Positions 12,478 through 24,562 of a stretch of 64,000 nt of DNA are shown here, piece after piece. A program made the translations under genes and the position numbers. Positions within the stretch are counted from its first letter, which is position 1, and each line of letters starts with the position of its first letter. Source of the stretch: Octopus sinensis (taxonomy: Eukaryota); contig NC_043013.1 of assembly GCF_006345805.1 (NCBI RefSeq), positions 16,926,001 through 16,990,000 on the forward strand. Reading direction: 5' to 3'. The notes beneath the pieces are model-generated. The model saw only the letters and a list, made by a program, of their open reading frames with translations, made no database searches and was not told the origin of the DNA.

Positions 12478-13290
12478 CTAAAAATGCAGACAATACTCTG
12501 GGGGATCAATAGAATTAGTAGATAGCTTCTGTTACCTGGGAGACCAAGTTAGCAGAGGAGGAGGAAGTTTTGAAAGTGTAGTTGCTAGATAAGAACAGGC
12601 TGGGCAAAATTTAGAGAGCTTCTGCCTTTCTTGGTAACTAAGGGCCTTTCCCTCAAAGTGAAAGGCAGGTTGTGTGATGCCTGTGTATGTACAGCTATGT
12701 TACATGGCAGTGAAACATGGGCTTTGACTAGAGAGGACTTGTGAAGGCTTGAATGAAGCTAGCATGCTCCATTGGATGGGTAATTCAGTGAGCACATATG
12801 ACAGAGTGTAAACGATTTAAGAGAAAAACTGGGTGTAAAAGGCATCAAATGTTGTGTGCAAGAGAGAAGATTGGACTGGTTAGGTCACGTGATGCATATG
12901 GATGAGGACAGCTGCATAAGGAAGCGCTGAGTTCTAATTGTGGAGGGAACCTGTTGAAGGGGTAGACCCAGAAGACACAGGATGAAGTAGCGAGAAAGGA
13001 TCTTTGGATGATGGGGCTCACTGAGGAAATGGCAAGGGATTGGGAGTTGTGGCGATTTGAGCAGAGTAAAATCGCTGTCTTCCATACATATTGTCCTTTC
13101 AGGTGCTAGTGCCACACCTAATGCACTCAGTCCGGTGTTGTGTAAACACACCCATGCTAGTAGCATGTCGAAAGCACCCAGCACACTCTATAAAGTGGTC
13201 AGTATAAGGAAGGGCATCCAGCTGTAGAAGCAAACAACTGAAGCCTGGAAAGCTTCCCAGTTCCATGCAAACCAAATGTTAGACAATGAT
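12478..13290 (+). mobile_element. RTE-clade LINE 3' fragment with 3' UTR and (GAT)n tail
   Basis: IELVDSFCYLGDQVSRGGG...GWAKFRELLP...KVKGRLCDACV...LHGSETW...LREKLG...QERRLDWLGHVMHMDEDS...RGRP, then tail sequence ending gatgatgatgatg. Confidence 0.85.
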
Positions 13291-14029
13291 GATGATGATG
13301 TGGAGAGCAAGTACCTGTCAATTTTCTTGGACTGTGTCTTGGACTGTGCCAATGGGCTTTCATTTGGTAAAACCAAGAATATGATAAAATAACATCTTAA
13401 TTTTGTATTTTGGCTTCAAATCGATTCTTGGACTGTTCTACTTAGTTTGTTTTTTTTTTGTTTTTTTTTTTTTGAAGGACCATGAATTTGGTAAAGCTTT
13501 CTTTTCTACTGTATTTCACAATTTCCTTTAAAATTGATTATTGGAATATTCCACTTGATTTTTCTTGGAGAACCAAAGTATCTGATAAAAGTATATTTCT
13601 ATAATTTGTCATTGCTTTTAGAATGTAAAAAAAAAATGTATTTTCTGCAGAGACTGTCTTCATTAGGAACATAGAAGTACAAACTTAAGAATGTTTTGGA
13701 ATTTCTAGACTTGTAAAGAAATATTGATTCCAATGTTGTTCTCAGCCCATTTCCTTATGACATTGTGCACGTGCTTCTGTGTCTATGTATGTGCATATCT
13801 ATGTCTGTGTGTGTACATCTGTATTTATGTATATGTGAGTGTACATAGGAGTGAAATACCAATTATTAATGTTATTTAAAGTTGGCTGTTCATATCATGA
13901 TTCTTCAGTTTACAATCAGACCTTGTTATGACTGAAATATCAAATAAACATTTTTTTTTCTCTATATCTATGCTGTTAAGTGGCATTCATCCTTTTGCAA
14001 TACATCTTATAGAGGAAAAAGAAAATAAA

Positions 14030-14268
14030 TGGTCACCCGTGCATACCAGCCTGCCTTCTCCATGCCACTGATGTTGTCCAGGGAAAGGCAAAGGCTGATT
14101 ACAGCTTGGCACCAGTGACGTCACAACTCATTTCTACAGATGAGTGAACTGGAGCAAAATGAAACAGAGGGTCTTGCTCAAGAACACAACATACAGACCT
14201 GTTTATGAATTAAACTCACAACCTCACGATTGTAAGCCCAACACTCTAACCACTGAGCCATGTGCCTT
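14030..14268 (-). mobile_element. Third tRNA-derived SINE family, older truncated copy
   Basis: Homologous to 21547-21889. Confidence 0.75.
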
Positions 14269-15049
14269 TATTTATATATATAATCAAAATAAGCAACAGG
14301 ATATCAAGAAGCGATGCAGTATGACCATTTCAAGCAGCTCCATTTAATTGAACAATGCAATCATTGCATCACTTTAAATGCAGGACTATCCTCAGCTGCA
14401 CAAAAATAAATAAATAGAATTTTAATCAGTTGGACACATTAGTATAATTTTACTCAATTACTCTTATAGAGCAAGAAGATAGCTACAATAGCGACAACAT
14501 GGAATTTTTCTAAGAATATACTACCATGTAGCTGTAAAGCAAGCTTCTTATCACACACTCTGACGAAAGGCCAGCTACATGATAAATATTGGAGAGTGAA
14601 GAAAATTTGTGCCACCAAGCAGCCAGTGAGAGCACCAGAATCATTTCAGACTTTTTGAGCCTTGGATGAGAATTCATTGTCACTGATATTTATTGTATTT
14701 TTAACACAGCAAGTCTATAAGAGTTGTTATCTCAGGACTAATAACACAATAACTGACCTACAGAGTGTGTATTCATTAAGTATGATACCTAGATGGCTAT
14801 TCTAAATAAAGACTGCCTCATTGAGCAAATGATTGATCAGAAGACGTGAGCAAAACAAACTGAGGAAAACCTGAAGTCACAGTGCTTTGACATCAAGCTT
14901 GCCAAAGCCAGAACCATAGATTGGAAAGCATGGAACATTATCACCAGAGTCTGTCATCCAAGGGCATTCACAGCAGTGTATCAGTTGGGATGACAGCCTC
15001 CGTTTCCAGTCAGGGATATTATACATATATATATATGTACATATATATA

Positions 15050-15372
15050 TATACATGCCGGTGGCACATAAAAAGCACCATCCGTACGTGGTCAATGGCA
15101 GCTCCACCTTGACTGGCTTCCGTGCCGGTGGCACGTAAAAAGCACCAACCGATCATGGCCATTGCCAGCCTCTCCTGGCTCCTGTGCCGGTGGTACATAA
15201 AAAGCACCCACTACACTCACGGAGTAGTTGGCATTAGGAAGGGCATCCAGTTGTAGGAACTCTGCCAGATCAGACTGGAGCCTGGTGCAGCCTCCTAGCT
15301 TCCCAGACCCCGGTCGAACCGTCCAACCCATGCTAGCATGGAAAATGGACGTTAAACGATGATGATGATAAT
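15050..15372 (+). mobile_element. RTE-tail element with reiterated stem-loop units
   Basis: Three copies of 'tgccggtggcacgtaaaaagcacc'-like units, the palindrome ccatgctagcatgg, and a (GAT)n tail. Confidence 0.8.
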
Positions 15373-15677
15373 GATACACACATTCTAACCTTTTATCATC
15401 TGACACAAGATCACCTCCTCCAATGCCCCCTCCCCTCTCAAAATTCCTTATCTTGCAAGTTACTTAGTGACCCTGCCAGTACTGATACCATGTAAAAAGC
15501 ACCCAGTCCACACTGTAAAGTGATTGGTGTTAAGAAAGGCATCCAGTCTTTAAAACCCTGCCAAAACAGACACAATAGACTGGGGTAGTCTTCTACCTGG
15601 CCGACTCCTGTGAAACTGTCCAACCCATGCATGCATGAAAGGCAGATGTTAAACAATGATGATGATGATATACACAG

Positions 15678-15876
15678 TTTATTTGTGGATTAACATAAAA
15701 CCATTGTAGATCTTTTCTACAATGGTTTTATGTAGAAAAGATCTCCACAGCTTCAAAGTAACCCACTTGTAATTATTGGTAACCACCTCCAGTTCTCATC
15801 CAAATTTGAAGCGATTACCAACATTCCCAAGTGGATCACTTGAAATCCTCAGTTGCTTTGTTAAACCACAAATAAA
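15678..15876. mobile_element. MITE-like element with internal double hairpin
   Basis: 18-bp inverted ends tttatttgtggattaaca / tgttaaaccacaaataaa with one mismatch. Confidence 0.55.
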
Positions 15877-16045
15877 AAATATTTATCCACCAAATGCAAT
15901 CATTCTCACTGTTCAATGCTAGCTTATAATATATATATATATAAGTTCAGCAAAGTTTAGATTCAGATGAATATGGTACTTAAGTTAAAAGCACCAGAAT
16001 TTCATATGGTATTATTCATATAAATCAAATGGGGTGATTATAATT

Positions 16046-16190
16046 AAAATAAGCAACAAGTATATCCAAGGTAGAGTAGTACAATTGTTTCATGCTACTT
16101 CATTACTTACTAAATACTTAGTGTTTAATAAAATGAAGTAGTATGAAACAATTGTACTTCACTACCTTGGATATACTTGTTGCTTATTTT
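16046..16190. repeat. Long inverted repeat (~59-bp arms, ~27-nt spacer)
   Basis: 16046-16104 is a near-perfect reverse complement of 16132-16190. Confidence 0.9.
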
Positions 16191-16369
16191 GAGTATATAT
16201 ATATACTAGAAAATCCATGACCCATTGGGTCACTGTCAGTTCAGGTTATAAAACATTGAAGCTGATTTCAACATTGCATTGAAATGAAAGTTAATTTTAT
16301 GATATTTCAGTTAAATATTTCAATTCGTTCCTGTCATTGTAAATCTGGTTTACAAGTTCATCTTTAAGG

Positions 16370-16880
16370 TTTTATTGATTATTTATCAGCAATGTCTTTC
16401 CTGTTCCACCTGGAGCGTCAATGAAAATCAATGCAGATATGTTCCCCTCTAAACTGTTACAAAGTTGTACACATATTCTTGCTCACTATTCAATAGAGTC
16501 CCCTCTCTTCTACAAATCATTGCTACTCTTCTCTGCTGTATTGTAACTCGTGCAATAACTCCAGATTGCCAATATCCTGATTAGTGACAATATTATTTGG
16601 CAGTGGCAAATTAAAGTCACTTAGACTTTTGCCCAGGTCGTTAAGTTTGTCTTCAAAATACAGAAGACATTGATCATAATGTCTTTCGCTAATTAAAAGA
16701 TTAGAGTTTCTTCCCTTTCAGAGTTATGTTACTTTCAGAGTATTTTCCCCACTAAGCACCGTTTTGGCTATTTATGAAGGTGCCAAAAAAAACCATGTAT
16801 CTCAGGAATCCAAGGTCTGATTTACACGAAACTTGTTTTATTCTGTTTATATTCACATTTCAGGGGTATCTTGATTCAGA
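16370..16880 (-). mobile_element. Helitron RepHel fossil including helicase Walker A
   Basis: YDQCLLYFEDKLNDLGKSLSDFNLPLP...LNSEQEYVY...LIFIDAPGGTGKTLLIN (cf. FFLDAPGGTGKTFL), with stops. Confidence 0.85.
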
Positions 16881-16922
16881 GTAATTTCCCATTATGTACC
16901 GGTTTGGTTGTATTAAATTACA

Positions 16923-17139
16923 GTGGCAAGCTGGCAGAAACGTTAGCATGCCGGGCAAAATGCTTAGCGGTATTTCGTCTGCCGCTACGTTCTGAGTTCA
17001 AATTCCGCCAAGGTCGACTTTGCCTTGCATCTTTTCAGGGTCGATAAATTAAGTACCAGTCATGCACTGGGGTCGATATAATTGACTTAATCCGTTTGTC
17101 CTTACTATGTTTAGCCCCTTGTGGGTAGTAAAGAAATAG
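16923..17139 (+). mobile_element. OK-like SINE with 13-bp TSD
   Basis: TSD gtattaaattaca at 16910-16922 and 17140-17152. Confidence 0.9.
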
Positions 17140-18845
17140 GTATTAAATTACAAACAAGCAAGCAAGAGTTTTAGTAGTATGTGTACATGACTGGAGTCTA
17201 CCCCAGCTATGAAATTCTATTCATGACATTTTGGTTAAATCAAGGCTAAAGCACAGATGTTACCAAGGTGGTGCACAATGAGAATGAACCAGGAACCACT
17301 TATCAAACAATGCTTGCATTGATTATGGTTAATTGAATTTGATGTGATTTAATCATTAACATTTTGTTATCAGAAATATATGGTAACATGTTTGTGTGGT
17401 GGATCGGAAATTCAGTACAATTGAATCCTTGTAAGGATGTTGTGATGTTAATACCTTTCCACCTGCTGTTGAACAAGGCTGGTTGTGGCCTTGGTCTGTT
17501 GAGTACTCACTGTCTTCATCACTGGGTGCCGTACAGTACTTACCATAGAAGCAATTATGCAATGATAAATAAATAGATGAATAGATAAATAAATAAATGA
17601 AATTTAATTTACAAGAACAGAAAAAGAAAAAAAACCTTTCCAGAATATTCCTTCCAGTTCTTACATTTTGGTAAAGTAAAATAAAATGAAGAATTTAAAA
17701 ATAAAAACAAAAATATACATTTCCATCTTTTTCGATCATTTACTTATTTATACAGGTAAATAGCAGGTAATGTTCAAATATTGTCATTATTATTATTATT
17801 ATTATAGAAACTTTTCACAGCTCAAAAAAACATTGATGAAAAAAAAAGGAAAAAAATTATTTTTGGAAGAATTTTGTTTCGGTTTTTCTTTTGTTTTTTG
17901 AGGAAGCTGGAGTTGTTTGGAAACTGCCATACTTTGGTACACACACAAATACAGAAATATAGACAGGCTAGTGATAGATATTCCATGAAATTTGGGGGAA
18001 GAATTTGTAAACAAAGAACACAGAATACAAGGACATATAAAAAAAAGGAAACAGGGGACTTTTTTTTTTTTTTTAAGGTTGTAATCATACAAAAATCAAG
18101 GATCTTTAGGACCAAACACACACAGCATTCATTTATTTAATGGCCATTTTTCCATTCTGGCAAAGATTAATTGGGGGTTATTTTGGGGCAGAATTTCATA
18201 GGGGTAAGTTCATCCTATAGCTAAACCTATAATATTTTCAGAGAGGTCATAAGGTCAAGATTACCACCAATCCATTCAGGAGTGGTGACAATGTAGGATA
18301 TCAACATTCACTCAAACACATAACAGGTTTCCATACAATCTCTACCTACTAAATTCACTCAAGGTACTGATCAGACTGGGGCTATAGTAGAAGACACTTG
18401 CCCAATGTGCAACACAGTAGGACTGACCAGAACCCAAAACCATATGCTTGCAAAGTGAGCTTCTTAACCCCAGCCATGCCTACACAGCCATATGTGAATA
18501 TATAACCAATATTAATCAGAACTCTGAAAGAATTTCATTAAAAATAAATTTATTTTTTATTAGATATGTTCTTAAACCAACATTTCTGAAATGCCCAGAA
18601 ATATTGAGCTGGTTGTTTTACTTTTGCATTCAATGTGAGTGCCTTTTTGTTATCTTAATATTTTTTTTGTATTGAAGATAAAATACACTCATCATTGGAA
18701 AGAACTTCTACCAGTTTGCAATTTGAATTATCTCTAAGTTGATTTAAAGTACATTTAAAGAAAATTGTTTCAAAACAAGATCTTGGAAGAGCAATGTGTA
18801 ATATTGGTTTCACAAAATTAATTTTTGTTGTAGTATATGTGTGCA

Positions 18846-18901
<56 letters not shown>

Positions 18902-20974
18902 TGCATACATACATACAAACAAACACACACTAGGGCTACCATAAGTTTCATGCTTGAATAGAACAGTAGTTGGATGAGCCTATATAGTTTGCCACGTACT
19001 ATCCTGCAATCTTTCAGGCTCAAAATAAACACAAAAACTTATAGAATTGTACACAGCATGTTACACAAGCTTATCCAATCACTGCAATATTGGAGCAGGA
19101 AACATAATGGTTCACATTGAAACCCTATATTTATTAAATTATATATATATGTATCTAAATATTTTATATTACATGCATGTATACAAGTGCATGCAGTTTT
19201 TGTCCTTATATTTGTGATGAATGATTACAACCATAACAAATTTTGTTAAAAATTTCCTTTTCTTCATAAGGAGGGGGGAGGAGAAGAGGAAATTTTTCTT
19301 ATTTTTAAAATTTTTTTATACATTTTCTTTATTAGTTGAATATATTACATTTATTATTGTTAATTATGTTCCTTTTTCTTAAATTTATTAATTAGTGAGC
19401 ACTTGGGAAATTGAAAGAATGTTTTTGGTTTGTATTTTTTTTTTTTTTTTACATTTTGGAGTTGTATTTTTTCCTTTTCTTTTTTTTCTTCATTAGTCCT
19501 CAGCAAAGATTTGAAACTAAAACGCTCCGTTAAGTAGCTTAATTTCCATCAATCAGAAATTGACAGAAGAAAGAGACAGAGAGAAAGTTCCTTCAAAGGA
19601 CATCATCTTTTGGTAAGCAGCAGGAAGGAGTCTTCGGGGTGTCTATATATTGGTGGCACTGTTGTCCAATTGAGAGCAGCAGTAAGATATTTTGATGTTG
19701 TAGTGAGATGCAGCAGTCATTTTTGCAACAGTTCCATGTTCTGGCAGAGAACACCAGATGTACACAGTGGCACCATCAACAGCAGCATTCTGAAATTCCT
19801 TGTTTTATTAAGATATGAAAAATGTGTGCGTGCACATATGTATAATGTATGTATACATAAAATCTATATATTTAGTGTGTGTGTGTGTATTTATATATAT
19901 GTGTATTCATATATGTATGTGTGTGTGTGAATGTATGTCCATGTGTCTACGTGTGTGTATGGTCTCTCATAAGTAAGGCAGCATTTAAACAAATTTTATA
20001 TTGGAAAATCTGGCAAACTTATGGGACAAAAATTTATTTGTATAAAACACAAACACACACCCATATCCCAGTAATAACTATATTTGAAAACTGGACATAA
20101 TAATGGGGGAAAATAAATGAATAAATGTGTGTATATATATATTGTACTGATGTATGTGTGTGCGCGCATGTAAACGATATGTATGTTTATGTAAACAGGA
20201 AATTATGTCTGTATTTCCAGTGGTTTTATAATGGAATCCTTCTTTAGCTACATTAGGCCACCTGGCGGTGGATACCTATCAAGCCCCTAATCAAAATACG
20301 GGCAGACAACTGAGGAGTGTTTATACCAATGACCTTCTCTCAACTCAAGGAAGAAGTTGAATCCAAACCTGCAAGCTAACAAAACAATTAATTAATAAAA
20401 TTATGCATTACTCCTGGCCTTGTGAAACACGTGATCAGTATTTCTTCATGGTATCTATTCACAGCTCTTTGTGCTGAGCCAACGAGTGTATAATATATTG
20501 TCATTAATTCAACCTGACCCCCTTATCAATAAAACTGGGCACCGGAGAAGATTAAAATCTGATAGTTCAGCTATAATGATATGATTACCTTCCTTTAAAT
20601 GATGTTGATGATGACGGTGATGATGATGACGAATAGGATGTTTTCTGAAAAATGGTACACAGCTACAAATTCAAGTGGATAGTCATTGAAATCAACCATT
20701 CAATTTGTAACTGGGTGCTTTAGTTTATCAGCTTTGTGAAGATGAAAGGTGAATATCAACCTGGGCAAGACTTGACTTCAAAATGTACAGGGATGTAACT
20801 AAATACCTTAAGACATTGAATCTGCCTGCCACTCAACCCTTTCCATCCCATTGGCCCAAGGCAGGGTATAAGCTAAAAGAGATTACTCAAGCAAGGATCA
20901 AATCTCAAATGCAGATTTAAATTGCTAGAAGCTTACTTTCAACTCTCTATAGCAGATGAGTAGTAGTAATGCTC

Positions 20975-23640
20975 ATTTCTACTAAAGGCACAAGGCCTGA
21001 AATTTGGGAGGAGGGGACTAGTCAATTACATCGACCCCAGTATTTCACTGGTACTTAATTTATTGACCCTGAAAGGATGAAAGGCAAAGTTGACCTCAGC
21101 AGAATTTGAACTCAGAACATGAAAACAGATGATATGCTTCTATGCCTTCTTCCCTGATGTGCTAACAATTCTGCCAGCTTGCAATAACATCAACAATTCA
21201 TGTAGTATTTAAGCACAAAACATGTAGTATTTAAGGGAAGGGAACGAGTCAATTACACCAATCCCAGTACATGACTGGTACTTTATTTTATCAATCCCAG
21301 GAGGATGAAAGGCAAAGTTAACCTCAGCAGTTTCAAATTTAGGCACAAGGCCATAATTTTAAAGGGATGGTGTTAGTCGATTACATCAACTCCAATGTGC
21401 ATCTGGTACTTATTTTATGGACCCCAAAGGGATGAAAAACAAAGTTGACCTCAGCAGAATTTGAACTCTGGATATACAGAATCAGAAGAAATGCCACTAA
21501 GCATTTTGTCCGATGTACTAACAATTTTGCCAGCTTGTCACCTTAAAGGGGTAAAGACCCCCTTCGGTCATGAGTGACCATGGGTTTGCACCTAGAGAGT
21601 TACCCTCTGAGGCACAAGTCTGGGCAAGGTTGTTTTATGGAAGACCAGTAGTCGCCCATGCATACCGGCCTCCCCTCTCCACGCCACCAGTGTTATCCAA
21701 GGGAAAGACAAAGGTCGATACAGCTTGGCACCTGTGACGTCGCAACTCATTTCTACAGCTGAGTGAACTGGAGCAACGTGAAATAAAGTGTCTTGCTCAA
21801 GAACACAACACGCAGCCCGGTCCGGGATTTGAGCTCACAACCTCACGATCGTAAGCTCGACGCTCTAACCACTGAGCCATGCGCCTCCACTTGTCACCTT
21901 AATAAGGATAATAACTATCCTTTCTACTATAGGATGAAGGCCTGAAATTTGGGAGAGGGACTAATCGGTTACATCAACCCCAGTGTGTAACTGGTACTTG
22001 TTTCATCAATCACAAAAGGATGAAAGGCCAGTGATTTTCAAGCAAGGAGTTTAGTTGATTATACTGACCCCATTATTTTACTGGTACTAAATTGTATCAA
22101 CTCAATAGGGATTTGAACTCAGAATATACAGAGCCAGAACAAACATTGCAAAGCATTTTTTCTGATATCCTAATAATTCAGTCATCTTGCCACCTATAAC
22201 AATAGTTTTTGATTTAGGTAGAAGGCCAGCAATTACATCGACCCTACTACTTGGCTGGTAGTTTATTGTATTGACACGAGAGGGATGGAATGCAAAAATC
22301 AACCTTTATGAGATATGAAATCAAAATCAAAGAGCTGCAATAAATATCACAGAGCAATTTTTTCCAACAGTAACAATCTGCCAATTGACTGCTCTAATAA
22401 TAATCCTTTAAAACTTTGACCCAAGGCTAGTAATTTTAGGGGAGAGAACTAGTTGAATACTTGACAGGTACTTATTTTCCAATCCCCAAAGAATGAAAGG
22501 CAAAGCTGACTTCAGTGGAATTTGAATTCAGGACATAAAGAGCTGGATGAAATACCACAAAACCACTTTTTCCAACACCCTAACAATTCTCCCAGCTTAC
22601 CATAATAATAATAATAATAATAATCTCTTCTGTTACAGGCACGAGGTCTGAATTTTGAGGCGTTGGAGGTAGTCGATTACATCAACTCCAGTATTCAACT
22701 GGTACTCATTTTATCGACCCTGAAAGAATGAAGGGCAAGATAGACCTTGGTGGAATTTGAACTCAGAACATAAGGACAGACGAAATGCCACTAAACATTT
22801 TGCCCAGTGTGCTAATGATTCTGTTAGCTCGCCACCTTAATAATAATAATAATAATAATAATAATCTTTTCTAAAGGCACCAGGCCTGAAATTTGAGGGG
22901 AAAGGGATAGTCGATTACATCGATCCCAGTGTTTCACTTGTACTTAGCTTATCAGCCCTGAAAGGATGAAAGGCAAAGTCAACCTCGGCAGAATTTGAAC
23001 TCGGAATGTAGAGACGATGGTTTCAAATTTTGGCAAAAAAGCCAGTAATTTTGGCAGTGGGGTCCAGTTGATTACATCAACCCCAGTGTTCAACTGGTAC
23101 TTATTTAATTGACCCTGAAAGGAAAAAAGGCAAAGTCAACCTTGGTGGAATTTGAACTCAAAACGTAAAGACAGACAAAAAGCCGCTAAGCATTTTGCCC
23201 AGCATGTTACTGATTTTGCCAGCTTTCCACCTTACTTAATAATTTCTGACAGAGGCACAAGGCCACAAATTTGGGTGGGGAGTAACCAGTTGATGATATT
23301 GAGCCCAGTGTCTAACTACTTTACTGACCTTGGAATGATTAAAGGCAAAGTTGACCTCAGTCGGATTTGAACACAGAATGTCAACATCCATAGCTGAATA
23401 CCTTATCTACAATTAGCAGTAACTACACCTCAGAATTACTCCATTGGTTATGGTACACTTATTGATAATATTAATGATTTCAAACATTGGGGTGGAGTCA
23501 TCAACTGTTAAGGGAGACGGGGTGGGAGATAGATGATTAATTCATACCCTTTCACTGGTACTTATTTTATTCTTTTTTTTTTTGACACCGGAAGGATGAA
23601 AGGAGGAGCAAAGTTGACCTTGGTGGCACAGAACATAATT
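20975..23640 (-). mobile_element. Head-to-tail array of about a dozen older OK-related SINE copies
   Basis: Recurrent 'ggcacaaggcctgaaattt...gaaaggatgaaaggcaaagtygacct...gaatttgaactcagaa' units separated by (TAA)n, almost all in one orientation. Confidence 0.85.
21547..21889 (-). mobile_element. Full-length tRNA-derived SINE (third family) with 13-bp TSD
   Basis: Head 'gtggaggcgcatggctcagtggttagagc...ctcaaatccc' and 'gtgttcttgagcaagacactt' domain. TSD cttgtcaccttaa at 21534-21546 and 21890-21902. Confidence 0.9.
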
Positions 23641-24562
23641 AAGATCACAATACTCTGCCACCATGACAGTGATGATGATGACGATGATGATGATGAAAGC
23701 AGTAATAATGATCAGAAAAAGATAAGTGAAAATCTTTTCCTTGGAATATAAAATTCTGATAATTCAGAATAAATAAAATGTCAATATTTTTTTTTTTATG
23801 ACTGTATTTATTTCTGCCAAAATTGTGTCATATGATGTCTCAGTCTTGCTGTCTCTCTCTTTCCCATTGTTGCTGATGGTTAGCCCTGATTAAGCTGAGA
23901 TGTTTCTCTGATAAAAGAGTATCCCAGCCTCACAAAATTGTGTTTCCTTTGGCATTGAATATCTAGGACTACTTTAAACAATGTGTCACTAGATCATAGC
24001 AATTTTTAAGACTATTTGGGCATTGTTGTAGTCTGAGGGAGTTTATTTCTTCTAGTGAGCCAAATGACCATCTAGAAGCTCTTTCAGTAACCAATCTTGA
24101 TATTTATAACTGCAGTATAAATATTTGGTTCAAACTTCCTGGTTATCAATGGGATAAAGTGAAGGCAAAGCCTTGCTGACAGAAAGACAGACAGACAGAC
24201 ACCGGAGTTCATGACACAACCTCTTAATGCAGTTCTTATTTAAGCACAAGGGCCAATGTTTGATGTTGAACAACAGTTGGGTAGTATATTTGACTGTGCT
24301 GACCCAAATATAATTTATATTGGGTATTTATTTTATCAATCCCTAAACCCCAGTGAAGAGACAAAAGGCAAAGTTGACCTTCATCAATATTTGAGCTGAG
24401 AACGTAGGGAAAGGAAACTTAAATGTTGCAATAACATTTGTCCAACACTCTACCATCTCTGCCAACTGACCACCCTCTAATTTGCTTACAGAACTAAGTG
24501 CTGATCATTTGTTTTGATCTGTTATCTGATGGCATTTATGAGGTGGGAAGATCAATTAGTTA

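Noticed and set aside
14520-14640. Hammerhead at CTGACGA (14559-14565) inside a 10-bp inverted repeat
   Set aside because: There is no stem II followed by GAAA in the correct position. At most it is a decayed relic.
18077-18203. Plus-strand exon between a poly-T acceptor and gtaagt
   Set aside because: Stops in all three frames. Such pseudo-exons are common in AT-rich DNA.
21800-21889. Functional tRNA gene
   Set aside because: The box A/B region continues directly into a SINE body bounded by a TSD, and there is no intact acceptor stem or T-tract terminator.
20975-23640. CRISPR-like array
   Set aside because: Units are ~200-bp SINEs with tRNA heads. There are no constant short repeats with unique spacers, no cas genes, and the context is eukaryotic.
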